A DNA stretch of 63,602 nt, the filler included, from Guillardia theta CCMP2712 (lineage: Eukaryota; Protista; Cryptophyta), in assembly GCF_000315625.1 (NCBI RefSeq). It is 5 parts of 5 records of this genome, joined end to end, with 100 filler letters (N's around TTAATTAATTAA, not from the genome) between each part and the next. Parts side by side here need not be neighbours in the genome. Positions count along the whole stretch, not along the records: positions 1 to 22,045 come from NW_005434530.1; positions 22,146 to 33,261 come from NW_005434284.1; 3 more parts are not named here. One strand, 5' to 3'. How positions within the stretch are numbered: the stretch's first letter is position 1; each line of letters starts with the position of its first letter. The notes under the pieces were generated by a model. That model did not search any database and was not told the origin of the DNA. It was given only the letters and a program-made list of their open reading frames with translations. Positions 13,098 to 24,240 of this stretch are shown one piece after another. A program made the position numbers and the translations under genes.

Positions 13098-14069
13098 CCG
13101 CGACGAGGACGCAAGCACGCCCGAGGCTCTGTAGACTGACAAAGACTTGTACATAGAAGACCGAGGACCTAAATACAAACATGACACTTTGTGAAGACTC
13201 GATGATTGTTGTCCAGGGAGCGAGAGGGAGGGGGTACTGCGGTGGCAAGCGACGAGCTGAGGCAGGTGAGGCAGAGGAGGAGGAAGAGAAGAAGGAGGAG
13301 GAGGAGGTGGAGGAAAGAGAGACCTCGTCTGAGAAAGAGACAGACAGACAAACAGCCTCCGACAAACAGACGAACGGACGGACGGACAGACAAAACTTAG
13401 ACGGACTGTCATGGACAGACACTGGCAGGCACTGCCGCTGCGGCGGAGCCTGAGCAGGACCGTCCGAGCCTTCCCGGCACAGCCGCGCCGCCCGGCCGCG
13501 GCCGCCGCGCGGTTCATTGGCAAGCTGAGTAATGGGCTGTGGGGTCAGCAAAAACCCAGCGGCCCGGCCCGGCTCGGGCAGGCCGGGCTAGGCCCCCGGG
13601 CCCCCCGACCATCCGATGATCGGACGGAGACTCCGACACCGGGAACGGTGGCAAGCTGCCAGGGACGAGGCAGGCCTCACTGAGTCAGCCGCCAGCCGTC
13701 GTCGGAGGCCCGCGGCCCTTGAAGCAGTGCCAGTACGGTCACGGCCCGGAATCACCGCCGGGCTCGGAGCTCGGAACTTTTCAAGTTTGTTGAAACGTGA
13801 CGTCCGACTGTGTGGACTGAGTCGGGCGGCGGAGTCGGCGGAGTCACTCACTCAAACGGTTAAGCCTTGAAGTTAGCTGTCACATGGCACGGCCGGGGTA
13901 GTATAGTACTGTAGTTGTACGGTAACTGAGCCTCGGAGTGAGACTGAGTCGTCCGGGTGGCAAGCGGCAGGCAGGCACGGCGCGGCGGCTAGGGGGGTCA
14001 ATTCATGCCAGACAGGCGGCCCGGAGAGAAACTCCGTAGGGGGTCAACTTTACTCCGTACAAATCTCTG

Positions 14070-14922
14070 AACTCCGTAGAGGGTCAAATCTCGTGACTAA
14101 GGCAAAGGTTGGCATGCTCTTTTCCAATCGTTGCGTTTGCTCGGCAGATGCTGACTCCTGGTGCCGTGACTCGTAGATATTCGTACGTGACTGTGGGTCA
14201 CGGGATCAGTCTTTTCTCAAGCGATGCTTTCTCCCCCTGATCTCCACCTCAAGTTCTTCAAGCTCACGCGCAGCCTCCCTCATCCGCTCGCCAGCGCCAC
14301 ACCTGTCCACGCCCTACTCCTCCCATCCTCTCCCGCCTCCCTCTGCCTTCTCTCCCGTCTTCATCCAAGCTATCTCTTCCCCTCCTGCCGATGTCCTCTT
14401 CCTCCTCCTCTCACGACTTGCCGCCTCCTTCCTCGAGCCTCAGCCATTGCGTGGCTTCCGCCGCTACTCAGCTCTATGTCGCGCTGGTCGCGACCATCTT
14501 CGTATCCCTCGCGCGGCACATCCCCGCCGCCATCCTCTGGCTGCTGGAGGATGACAGCGAGCTCGCTCATGCCCTCAGCCTGCGGGAGCAGCCGGAGACT
14601 CAGGCCCCGGCAGTCGTCTCGACAGGAGGGGCTACGGGAGGCTTCGACAGGAGGAAGATGCTGGAGCCGCACTTCGGGCAGACCTTCAAGGTGAAGCGCG
14701 TGGGAGTACTGTAGGAGGCCAGCAAGGGATGGGAGGCTGTATAGTGTATCAGGATTGGATGTAAATGCGAATGTATGTACAATGTGAAGTAATAAACCAT
14801 TAAGATGGAGTACTTTTTGCGCTTGATTATGAGCGAGGCCTCGGAATGGATGAGATGGAGAGAAGACAGGCGTGAAGAGAAGAGGCATTGACACTGTTGC
14901 CAAGACGCAACTCACAAGGATG
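14070..14922 (+). repeat. Segmental duplication, copy 1 (upstream region + subtype A gene + 3' flank)
   Basis: Near-identical to ~16674-17562. Confidence 0.85.
14391..14714 (+). CDS. Small membrane protein, FGQTFKV family (subtype A)
   Basis: 107 aa; MSSSSSSHDL, hydrophobic LYVALVATIFVSLA, WLLEDD, and GGFDRRKMLEPHFGQTFKVKRVGVL. Confidence 0.75.
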   Translation: MSSSSSSHDLPPPSSSLSHCVASAATQLYVALVATIFVSLARHIPAAILWLLEDDSELAHALSLREQPETQAPAVVSTGGATGGFDRRKMLEPHFGQTFKVKRVGVL

Positions 14923-15053
14923 CCGGGTCCTAGCAAGGCAACCTTCCTCCCTCTCTTCATCATGGTGTCGTGCTCCTGCAACGTAGACGTTGCCATGGTT
15001 TTGATACAGAAGTGCACCAGAAACATCATCATCCCACTTCAGTTGCCAGGCCC

Positions 15054-15561
15054 TTAAGATGCTGGAGCCTCACTTCGGGCAGACGTTCAAGGTACCCCGG
15101 GTAGGCGTCAGATAGCCGTCGGACGAGGACGCAAGCACGCCCGAGGCTCTGTCTTGTCCAGGGAGTGAGAGGGAGATGGTACTGCGTTGAAGCAACGAGC
15201 TGAGGCAGGAACGATAAGAGGGAGGAGGAGGAGGAGGAGGAGGATGATGAGGAGGAGGAGAGAGGAGAGAGGAAGAGAGAGACAGCTCGTCACGCTCCTT
15301 CTCGTCGCCATCGTATGCAGGCGCCTCGCTGAGACGGTCGGGGAGCTGCTGCTGGACGACGAGGACAATGATAGTGACAACGCCAGCTCCAGCGACATCG
15401 ACGCCAGCGACATCGACGCCATCGGCTGCCGCAGCGCCCTCGCCCGCCTCACCGACCTCAAGTCAGGATCCCCTCGATACGTCGGAGGCTTCGACAAGCT
15501 TAAGATGCTGGAGCCTCACTTCGGGCAGACGTTCAAGGTGCCCCGGGTAGGCGTCAGGTAG
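15054..15561 (+). pseudogene. Rearranged subtype B copies: a 3' fragment (15054-15112) and a 5'-truncated copy (15286-15561)
   Basis: Matches 12124-12185 and 11919-12185 respectively; there is no ATG-initiated N-terminus. Confidence 0.75.
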
Positions 15562-16673
15562 CCGCGACGAGGACGCAAGCACGCCCGAGGCTCTGTAGAC
15601 TACTAAGACTTGTAAATAGCGTGGAGAAGACCGAGGACCTAAATACAAACTGCCATGGCACTCTGTGAAAATGAGACTTGTCCAGGGGGCGAGAGGGAGG
15701 GGGTACTGCGGTGATGCGACAAGCTGAGGCAGGAACGAGGAGAGGGAGGAGGAGGAGGAGGGGGGGGGGGGGAGCACAAATTGTAAACTTCTACTGACTG
15801 CTCTGTGACATGTTTCATGACTCCGTGCTGCTCCTTACGATCGACGTCCAAGAAAACAACGCCATGAAAAGGTTTCAACGTCACATCAACATTCCACATG
15901 GGCACATGGTACTTTGGAGGGTTTGGAAACGGAGGAGAAGCTTGCATGTCAGTTTGATAGGTAAAACAAAGTTGGACTTGGACGTTGTTAGGAATGTTTC
16001 CGGGCTTTTCTTGCAGCTGAACCCGTTTGTCCCTCTGTTCGTAATGTCTCCTACTGTCATCTGCAATTGGAGCTGCCTTCCTTCGAACTCTTGCCATTCC
16101 TTTTCTGGTTGGACAGGGAGGGCACCGCCAACATTTTAGGATGAAGAATTTTAGACTTATCAATTCTAGAGCTGTAATCGATAGCAATTTTCAAGATTCC
16201 CCCAAACAGATGACGGCGGCCGGACTGTGGCGCGGAACTCCGAGACGGTCACAGAGCCAAAAACAACTCCGTTTCAGTAGTGACGGTGATGGGCAGTTGA
16301 GTTAAAAATCAACTTGCAATACGAGGACAACCTGTAGTGAGGTCCGAACTTCACTCAGTCAAGTATCGTGACAGGCGCCCGTATCGTGACAGGTGACTGG
16401 CAGCAACGAACAGGGAGTGTTCGGAGTTCAACAGTGCTCCAATTCAAACTCACAGTGTATGATCATTAAAGCCGCCTTCCGAAGTTCATTCACGGCGCAA
16501 ATTTGGTGAGCCCGGTGAGTCGGCGGCCCCCGGCGGTTCGGAGACACGATGTGGAAGCAGAGTCAGCCGCGACTCCGAGTGGCACAGCCTCGGAGTCAGT
16601 CAAGCGGCCCGGCAGGCAGTGCGGCAACGGCGGGGGGTGAAATCGTGGGACAGGCGGCCCGGCAAGGAATTCA

Positions 16674-17562
16674 ACTCCGTAGAGGGTCAAATCTCGTGAC
16701 TTATGAAGTAGGCTTAAATTGTTGACATGCTCTTTTCCAATCGTTGCGTTTCATCAGACAAATGCTGACTCCTGGTGCCGTGACTTGTAGATAGTCGTAC
16801 GTGACTGTGGGTCACGGGATCAGTCTTTTCTCAAGCGATGCTTTCCCCCCCTGATCTCCACCTCAACTTCTTCAAGCTCACGCGCAGCCTCCCTCATCCG
16901 CTCGCCAGCGCCACACCTGTCCACGCCCTACTCCTCCCATCCTCTCCCGCCTCCCTCTGCCTTCTCTCCCGTCTTCGCCCAAGCTATCTCTTCCCCTCCC
17001 TCCCTCTTTCCCTCCCTCCCTCCTTCTCTTCTGCCGATGTCCTCTTCCTCCTCATCTCACGACTTGCTGCCTCCTTCCTCGAGCCTCAGCCATTGCGTGG
17101 CTTCCGCCGCTACTCAGCTCTATGTCGCGCTGGTCGCGACCATCTTCGTATCCCTCGCGCGGCACATCCCCGCCGCCATCCTCTGGCTGCTGGAGGATGA
17201 CAGCGAGCTCGCTCATGCCCTCAGCCTGCGGGAGCAGCCGGAGACTCAGGCCCCGGCAGTCGTCTCGACAGGAGGGGCTACGGGAGGCTTCGACAGGAGG
17301 AAGATGCTGGAGCCGCACTTCGGGCAGACCTTCAAGGTGAAGCGCGTGGGAGTACTGTAGGAGGCCAGCGAGGGTGGGAGGCTGTATAGTGTATAAGGAT
17401 GTAAATGCGAATGTATGTACAATGTGAAGTAATAAACAAGTGAGATGGACTACTTGCGCTTGATTATGAGCAAGGCCTCGGAATGGATGAGATGGAGAGA
17501 AGACAGGCGTGGAGAGAAGAGGCATTGGCACTGTTGCCAAGACGCAACTCACAAGGATGCCG
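16674..17562 (+). repeat. Segmental duplication, copy 2
   Basis: Near-identical to 14070-14922. Confidence 0.85.
17037..17360 (+). CDS. Small membrane protein, FGQTFKV family (subtype A duplicate)
   Basis: 107 aa; differs from 14391-14714 by one visible amino acid (P/L at position 11). Confidence 0.75.
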   Translation: MSSSSSSHDLLPPSSSLSHCVASAATQLYVALVATIFVSLARHIPAAILWLLEDDSELAHALSLREQPETQAPAVVSTGGATGGFDRRKMLEPHFGQTFKVKRVGVL

Positions 17563-17856
17563 CTTATTAATTGTGACCATGTTCAGAACTGTGAGGCTAT
17601 TCGACAGTTACGAGCTTCGATGAACTGTAACGGACCGGTGCGCACTAGGAGTAAAGCGGTGGATATCGCTAGATCGCTATCTCCGGAGCAGTTTTAATAG
17701 AGCCGCGATCTCGTGGCCTTCCACAGATAACAATCATTTTAATGTACACGACAGTCAAAAGCTGACATAAGGCTAAACTCATTTGACTGTTTCCTTCCTT
17801 TCCCCAACAGTCCTTTATCTCCCGTCCCTCTCTCCCCAGTCTTCCACACCCTCGCA

Positions 17857-18237
17857 ATGTCCTCCCCCTTTCCCTCCTCCCACGACTGGTATAACCTCGA
17901 CCTCCCCCTCTACGCCTTCCTCTCTAACCTCTCTGTCGACCCTTCCCTCCACTCTGCAATCACCTCCATCGCCCGCGATCACCTCCTCCTCCTCGCTGCC
18001 GCCTTCCTCCCTCTCGCCCATGTCATCGCCCTTGCCGTGCGCTGGCTCCTTGAGGACGAGGACGATCATGACCTCTGGGGACGTAATATCGTGGCTCCTG
18101 CTGTCGTATCAGAGCGGCAGGAGGCAGCAGCGTTAGGCGGGGCAGGGACGGGAGGCTTCGATAGGAGAAAGATGCTGGAGCCGTGCTTTGGACAAACGTT
18201 CAAGGTCAAGCGCATGGGGATTTATTATTCGGATTAA
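17857..18237 (+). CDS. Small membrane protein, FGQTFKV family (subtype C)
   Basis: 126 aa; MSSPFPSSHDW, hydrophobic segment, WLLEDEDD, and GGFDRRKMLEPCFGQTFKVKRMG. Confidence 0.75.
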   Translation: MSSPFPSSHDWYNLDLPLYAFLSNLSVDPSLHSAITSIARDHLLLLAAAFLPLAHVIALAVRWLLEDEDDHDLWGRNIVAPAVVSERQEAAALGGAGTGGFDRRKMLEPCFGQTFKVKRMGIYYSD

Positions 18238-20551
18238 TTTAGTTGGAAGAACAGCGATTTCAGTCCAGTAGGAATGCACTTGGAATGATTTGAGCTCTGC
18301 CGAGATGATTTCAAGACTCCGAAGGAAGGAATCTGGTTCAGCATGAGTGGACGGCAAGTGTAGCTGTAGTCTGTTCTCACAACGGTACAAAGGCTGCAAG
18401 GGCTGTACATGCTCCTGACCCGTTGAGATACACTCAGTCCTTGTCGGTAGACAGAGAGCGCGGCAAAGCACCTGGAGATTTCTCCAGCAATGTTACGATT
18501 CACCTGCTCCCCCAGGCTTGCTTTCAGTGTGCGACCGTGACTGTCACACGAGTCTCATGGCAGGATCGTACGTCCGTTCATTTGCAACGAGTCTCAAATA
18601 AACTTTTCTTGACTACTGTGCGCCTGATCTTTACAGCCTGAAACTTCATTGGCATCAGGCTCGTGGCATCATTTTCTATGATCATGGCATCGGATCCAAA
18701 GTTCAACGGTTAGCCTACTACGGCCCGGGTACGGTACTGAAGTAAGTACTGAGGCTACCGTACGGTCACGCGGCTGGGCCCGGATTCAGCCTTCGGAAGC
18801 CCGCCAGTGACCCCGCCCGGCTGTGGGCACGGGCCAGTGACCGTGCCACGGACTGCCGCTGTGCGGCACTGGTCACCCGGTGCCACCCGGCCCGGCGGCC
18901 GGGCGGGCCCACGGTCACCCGAGTCAGTCACGGTGGGCCCTGGGCCGGTGGCTGCCGCCGGCGTTACGCCGGGCGGCCCGTGACTCGGTGAGTCCGGCGG
19001 CCGCTTCTGCCGGGCCCACTGACTCCGCCGCGGCACGGCCCGTGCGGCACCGGGCACCCGGGCCTGCACCGACCGGCCGCCGGTGGGGCCCGGCCGCGGG
19101 TGACTCGAGTTTGAGTGGCAATGACGCGGGCTCGGGCCAGGAACCTGGCTGTGGGAACGACATGGCAGGCGGGAAGGCATGGGAGAGGGTCGTACAAGGA
19201 AAGAGGTAGGAAAGATGGTGTGAGTAGAGGAGAAGAGCGGTAAGAACGGATCAACCCGGACCTCTGCTAGTGGGGAGGCTGAGCATGGAGGAGGAGGCAG
19301 GTGAGGGGAGGAGAAAGACGAACATCGGTATGAACTGAGAGAAATGCGGCAGGGGAGGGAGAGGTTGACCTCCTCGTGACTCAGCTGTTCTCAAGTCAGC
19401 TGATGGAGGGGAATGAGGATTGCAAGGGCGCGGAGGGCGCGGAGGATGCTGGGAGGGTGGGGGTGGAGACTGGCGGGCAGACGGCAGGTGGCGATGGCAC
19501 TGGTGGAGCTGACAGCTCAACGAGGTCGAGGACGAGGGTCCTTGCACGCCTCATGAGGATCAGCCGGAGCGATGTGGTAGATGACGCTGTCCACATGCTG
19601 GTTCTTGCTGTACTGACATGCCGACCCAGATAGAGAAAGGTGGGGACGCGATCAAGTACAAGAGACCAGGTTAGCACGCGACATGCTTGCTTCTTCGCTC
19701 GCTCTCGTGATGTTCTTTGCTGCCTGTTCGTTGCAGGGATGAAGCGGTGTGAACTGGAGAAGTACTTCCTTGATAGGATGAAGGTGACTGACGCGACCTT
19801 GGAGGAGGAGTTCGTTCAAACTGCCTATTTGCCTCTTTGCCGTCGCAAAGATGATTTCGATTGTACCTGTTTGCGCGATGCCAACTGACCATCTACGGAT
19901 CCTCTGCCGCATGTCTGTGTAATCTTTAGTGTCAAGGTTGCCGATCGTGAGGCCTGCAGCACGCAGGAGCTAGTTGAGATCCACAGGTAGGAGGAAAGCA
20001 AGGGTTGTTGTATAACTGATGAGACTGAGCAGGCAGGAGATACTTCTCTCCTTGTCATCTTCAGTGCGTTGCAGGACATGCTTGTGGGGACTTGCTGTGA
20101 CGTTTCTTGCCCGGCAGATCGATGACGTCAACGAGTGGTTCGAAGCCCTCACGAACGAGTACTTGCATGATGATGATGATGATGATGAGGAGGAGGAGGA
20201 GGCGGAGGAGGCGGAGGAGGATTTTGATGACGACGACGGCGTTCATTTGTTGATATTGGTGATGACAGGTATCTGTGCCCAAGGCACGATGAGGACGCCT
20301 CATGGCAGCTTGAACACATACGTTGCTTCTCAAGTGATGATCGCTCTGTTCTCTAGATCTTTCTCCCGTCTGTGCTGAAATCTTGCTTCTTTTACAGTCG
20401 AGCTGTCCTCCCTTGCTGTAAACCTCCGATATGTTTGTACAGCGGAGACTTGCCCGCAGGTTGGTTTGGGCACTTTCTAATCGTGAACTTCAGCCTCCTC
20501 TTCAAGATCATTGTCCTCGTTCTCATCTTCCGTTCTTCCCTTTTACTCCCT

Positions 20552-20581
20552 CATCATCTCCATCATCATCATCATCATCAT

Positions 20582-20619
<38 letters not shown>

Positions 20620-20642
20620 ATCATCATCATCATCATCATCAT

Positions 20643-20682
<40 letters not shown>
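20552..20682. repeat. (CAT)n microsatellite
   Basis: Long interrupted CAT run. Confidence 0.95.
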
Positions 20683-20683
<1 letters not shown>

Positions 20684-22145
20684 GACTCGTGGACTTGCCA
20701 GATGAAAGCAACCGAGGAGTGGATGTATCTTTGCGCTGCCCGCAAACAGCCGCAGGCGAGTAACTCTTGTTATCTTGGGCTTGCAGACTCTAATTTTTAT
20801 TGTTCTTTCTTGACATGCTTCACGGTTTGCTCCTTTATACCCCCTCCTTCACAAGTTTAATGTTTTGGTTGTTGTGCTGACTTCACTCTCAGGAATGTTC
20901 AGCTATTGACTACATCATCCACACCCTTGATGGGACCTGCGCCCTTCTCAACTCCAACAAGTGAAATCTTAACACTCTCACTTTCCCTCTCCCTCCCTCC
21001 CTCGCTCACTCCCTGTTGTTCCCCTCCAAAGCTTGGCCCTCCTCCTCCTCCTTGTCCTCCTCCTCCTCCTCCACCACCACCACCTCCTCCTCCTCCTCCT
21101 CCACCTCCTCCTCCTCCACCTCCTCCTCCTCCTCCTCCCTGCTTTTGCTCTGCTGATGCCTGCCAGGTGGTTTCCGTGGAATGCAAGGATACCCTCGTCC
21201 TCTTTGAAATACTTTCAGGTCAAAGAAATTCAAAAAAGAGATACAGAGACAGAGAGGGAGATAGAGAGAGAAAGGGAGGAAGAGGAGGAGGAGGAGGAGC
21301 AGCAGCAGCAGCAGCAGGCGTGAACGGGCTGATGATTGCTTTCAGTCCATCACCAGGAGACTTTATCGTGTGTTGTCTCACTGTTTCTTTCATCACAGTG
21401 AGTTCAGAGGTGAGAAGATAGGAAGATGCGATGACGATGATGTTTGCAGAAGAAATATTCGAGGACTTCGAGAAGAATAATCACCTTTGCCTTCGGTTTG
21501 TTGCCTTTGGTGAGTTTTCCTCCTGCCTTCTACGATTTGTTTCAGATCGACATCATTGTCATCCCATCAACAAATTCTACCACAGTACTGACAACAACAT
21601 CATCATCAACAACAACAACAGAAACAGAATCATACAACAAAGTCAACGTCAACATTCAATATCATCAACACAAACCATGAAAAATTCAAGCTTTCACCTC
21701 ACTGTGCCTTCAACTTCATCGTTCTACTTCTTCTCCTTGGTCTCCTTCTCTTTCTCACTTTGCCCGCAGCTAAGGCCCATGACCTGATCCCCCCCAAGCT
21801 TCTCATCATCCCGCAGAGCGGGTTCCTGTCGTGTGTGCACACGCAGACGCAGCAGTCATAAGAGGAGCAGGAGAGAGGAAGACGAGGACGAGGAGAAAAA
21901 GTAAGAGGAAGAAGACGAGGGAGGAGAGGGAGGGAGGAGGGAGGAGAAGAGAGGAGGAGAAGTTGAGATAATGATGATATGCATGTAAATGCTCTTGAAA
22001 GTTTCCTCTCATCGTTCGGCTGCGGCTAAAGTGAAGATGGTAGACNNNNNNNNNNNNNNNNNNNNNNNNNNNNNNNNNNNNNNNNNNNNTTAATTAATTA
22101 ANNNNNNNNNNNNNNNNNNNNNNNNNNNNNNNNNNNNNNNNNNNN

Positions 22146-22830
22146 TATTCCTTCCTCAGGACATGTTGCAGAAGTAAACCGATTGCGATTGTGTTCGCTC
22201 GGATGATGCTGCACTTCCCATTGATTTTCATCCCTCCTCCTGACGTCATCTCTTTTTGTTGGAGAACATATCCTACTCGCATGGATCTGTTTTTTCTGCC
22301 CTGCATGATGTCTCCTTCAATAGCTGCTGTGAAATGCCTTCCGCCTTGATGATCGCTGCACGGCTGGATCTGATCCCTTCGTCTGTTACACAGCTCCTCA
22401 TACGTTGGGAGGATGTTGTCCTGAAGCTGGACTCGTAAGTATGTTGGGAGTGTGTGCCTAACTAGTATCCATAACTCCTCTGCAGTCTTCATCAAACACC
22501 TATTCCCTGTTTGCCAGAAGTTTGCTGCATAAGCTATTTGAGCGCCTTTCGGGACCCGGCTGATAATTTCAAAACCTTCTGGTATCTCATCAATGTTATT
22601 CTTCCATCCTATCAGAATGACATGTATTGTATCCAGGATTTGTTCACGAAATCTCTTTTGTTTGTCCATCCAAACCACCACTCTGTGCAGTTCCCTTGCT
22701 CTCTTCTTGTCCAGAGCCTGGGGATGTGTGTGTAGGGTAGGCCAGTTACGAAATGTACTGATGTCGCATGCTGTAATCTCTGCTAGATGTTGTAAAAACT
22801 CGTATGCCAATGGTTGTGTTGTTTCTTGGC
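22146..22830 (-). mobile_element. Possible non-LTR retrotransposon fragment with a degenerate RNase H-like start
   Basis: Intronless ORF running into an N-gap. AAIEGD...MRVGYV...GKCSIIRANTIAIGLLL resembles the RNase H pattern (DGS..G.G....S..RAE..A) with the catalytic residues altered. Confidence 0.35.
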
Positions 22831-22895
22831 CTAAACCCTAAGAAAAGTTGAATAAACCCTAAACCCTAAACCCTAAACCCTAAACCCTAAACCTA
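22830..22895 (+). repeat. Interstitial telomeric repeat (CCCTAAA)n
   Basis: About five tandem CCCTAAA units at 22856-22895 plus a partial tract at 22830-22842. Confidence 0.9.
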
Positions 22896-23392
22896 GGAGA
22901 GTCATGGAGATGAGGAAATGCCTAGGAGAGTCATGGAGATGAAGGAGGTCCCCTCGGTGCCTTCGGTGCCGATGTATGTCTCGACATTCTGCTTCTTGGC
23001 CTCCTCCATCTGTTGCTCTCGACTCTGAGCTCCATTCGCTCAGAGAGTCTTCAAACAGGTCGCGTCTCGCCTGCCGACATGTCGAGCGGATGGCTTCAGC
23101 GATAGCGTCGGGGGTGCATCCCCCCTCAGCTCTGCAAGCATGAGCTGTCCTACTACCACTGGATAACGCTTCATGAAGCTCTTCACTCTCTCAACGAGGT
23201 CGGCGGCCGCTCCTCGACGTGGCCTCCAGAGCGCTCGCCCTGCGTGTATTGGCATGATCTCCGATACAGCAGGTTGCGAACGCTCTCATCATACTGTAGT
23301 ACCATACTTCGAAAGCTGTTTCAACTGTACCAACCCTTGCTCGCAGCTTCCTCCGGTCCCCTTGTGCTCCCCCTACGCGCCGCGGATGTGCA

Positions 23393-23470
23393 TGCCTCGG
23401 GAAGGGGCCCGGTGCCTCGGGAAGGGGCCCGGTGCCTCGGGAAGGGGCCCGGTCCTAAACCCTAAACCCT
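23393..23470 (+). repeat. Three 20-bp tandem units (GGTGCCTCGGGAAGGGGCCC) followed by CCTAAACCCTAAACCCT
   Basis: Directly visible. Confidence 0.9.
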
Positions 23471-24240
23471 TTCTTGCCCATCGCGTTTTGAGATTCTTTA
23501 CTCCCTATCGTGCCGCCGCTGTGCGGCGTCGTCTGCGGTCTTCACATGCTTTCAGGAATATCTCTTGGTCTTGTTCTGCGCGGATCTCCTTGAATTTGGT
23601 CTCAGGCCTTGCGAAACAAGTGTCTGAATGGGGTTCCCTGAGGCATAAAACAACAACAACGTTTTTGTTTTCAGCGGTATTCAAACCCCCGGATGCTTGC
23701 CAGCCGATAATGGCCATTGCATTGCTACAAACAAGTAGAAATGGAATGATCTTGGTAAGAGATCAGCAAGTTGATCATATGACGAGACCTGGTCCGGAAC
23801 TTGAACTGCTGAGCAGTAAACGAATTGGATTGTTTTGTTCACTCTCATGCGCAGAACGTGAAGAAAGCACGAAAAATGACAAATCTCTGGACGTGGGCAG
23901 AGAGTGTATGAAGCTCAGCTTCTGTTTGATGAATTCATCATCAGGTGCCAGTGACTTGGCGAAATTCTTGATGTATTGAGTCTTGCCGAATGGTTGACTT
24001 CTTGGAAGGGATGCAAGCTTATCCTAAGAAATTGGGGAAATCGCTGTTTCCCCACGTTGCCAACATTGCGTTGTATGCTTCCGATTCTAAATACTCATTC
24101 GCGCCGCATGCCAGGCTCAATCCGTTTCAGGCTAGTATTTTGACTAAAGTTTGGAAAGGACGTCACGACTGGTGAGGCGGACCTGTCGATGCACCTCATC
24201 GATCAAGGGACGTGAAATGGCAAGGAGGTGAAGGCAAGCG

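Noticed and set aside
22046-22145. TTAATTAATTAA palindrome between N-runs (also near 33306, 36667 and 60147)
   Set aside because: Identical linker centred in N-gaps; an assembly spacer, not biology.
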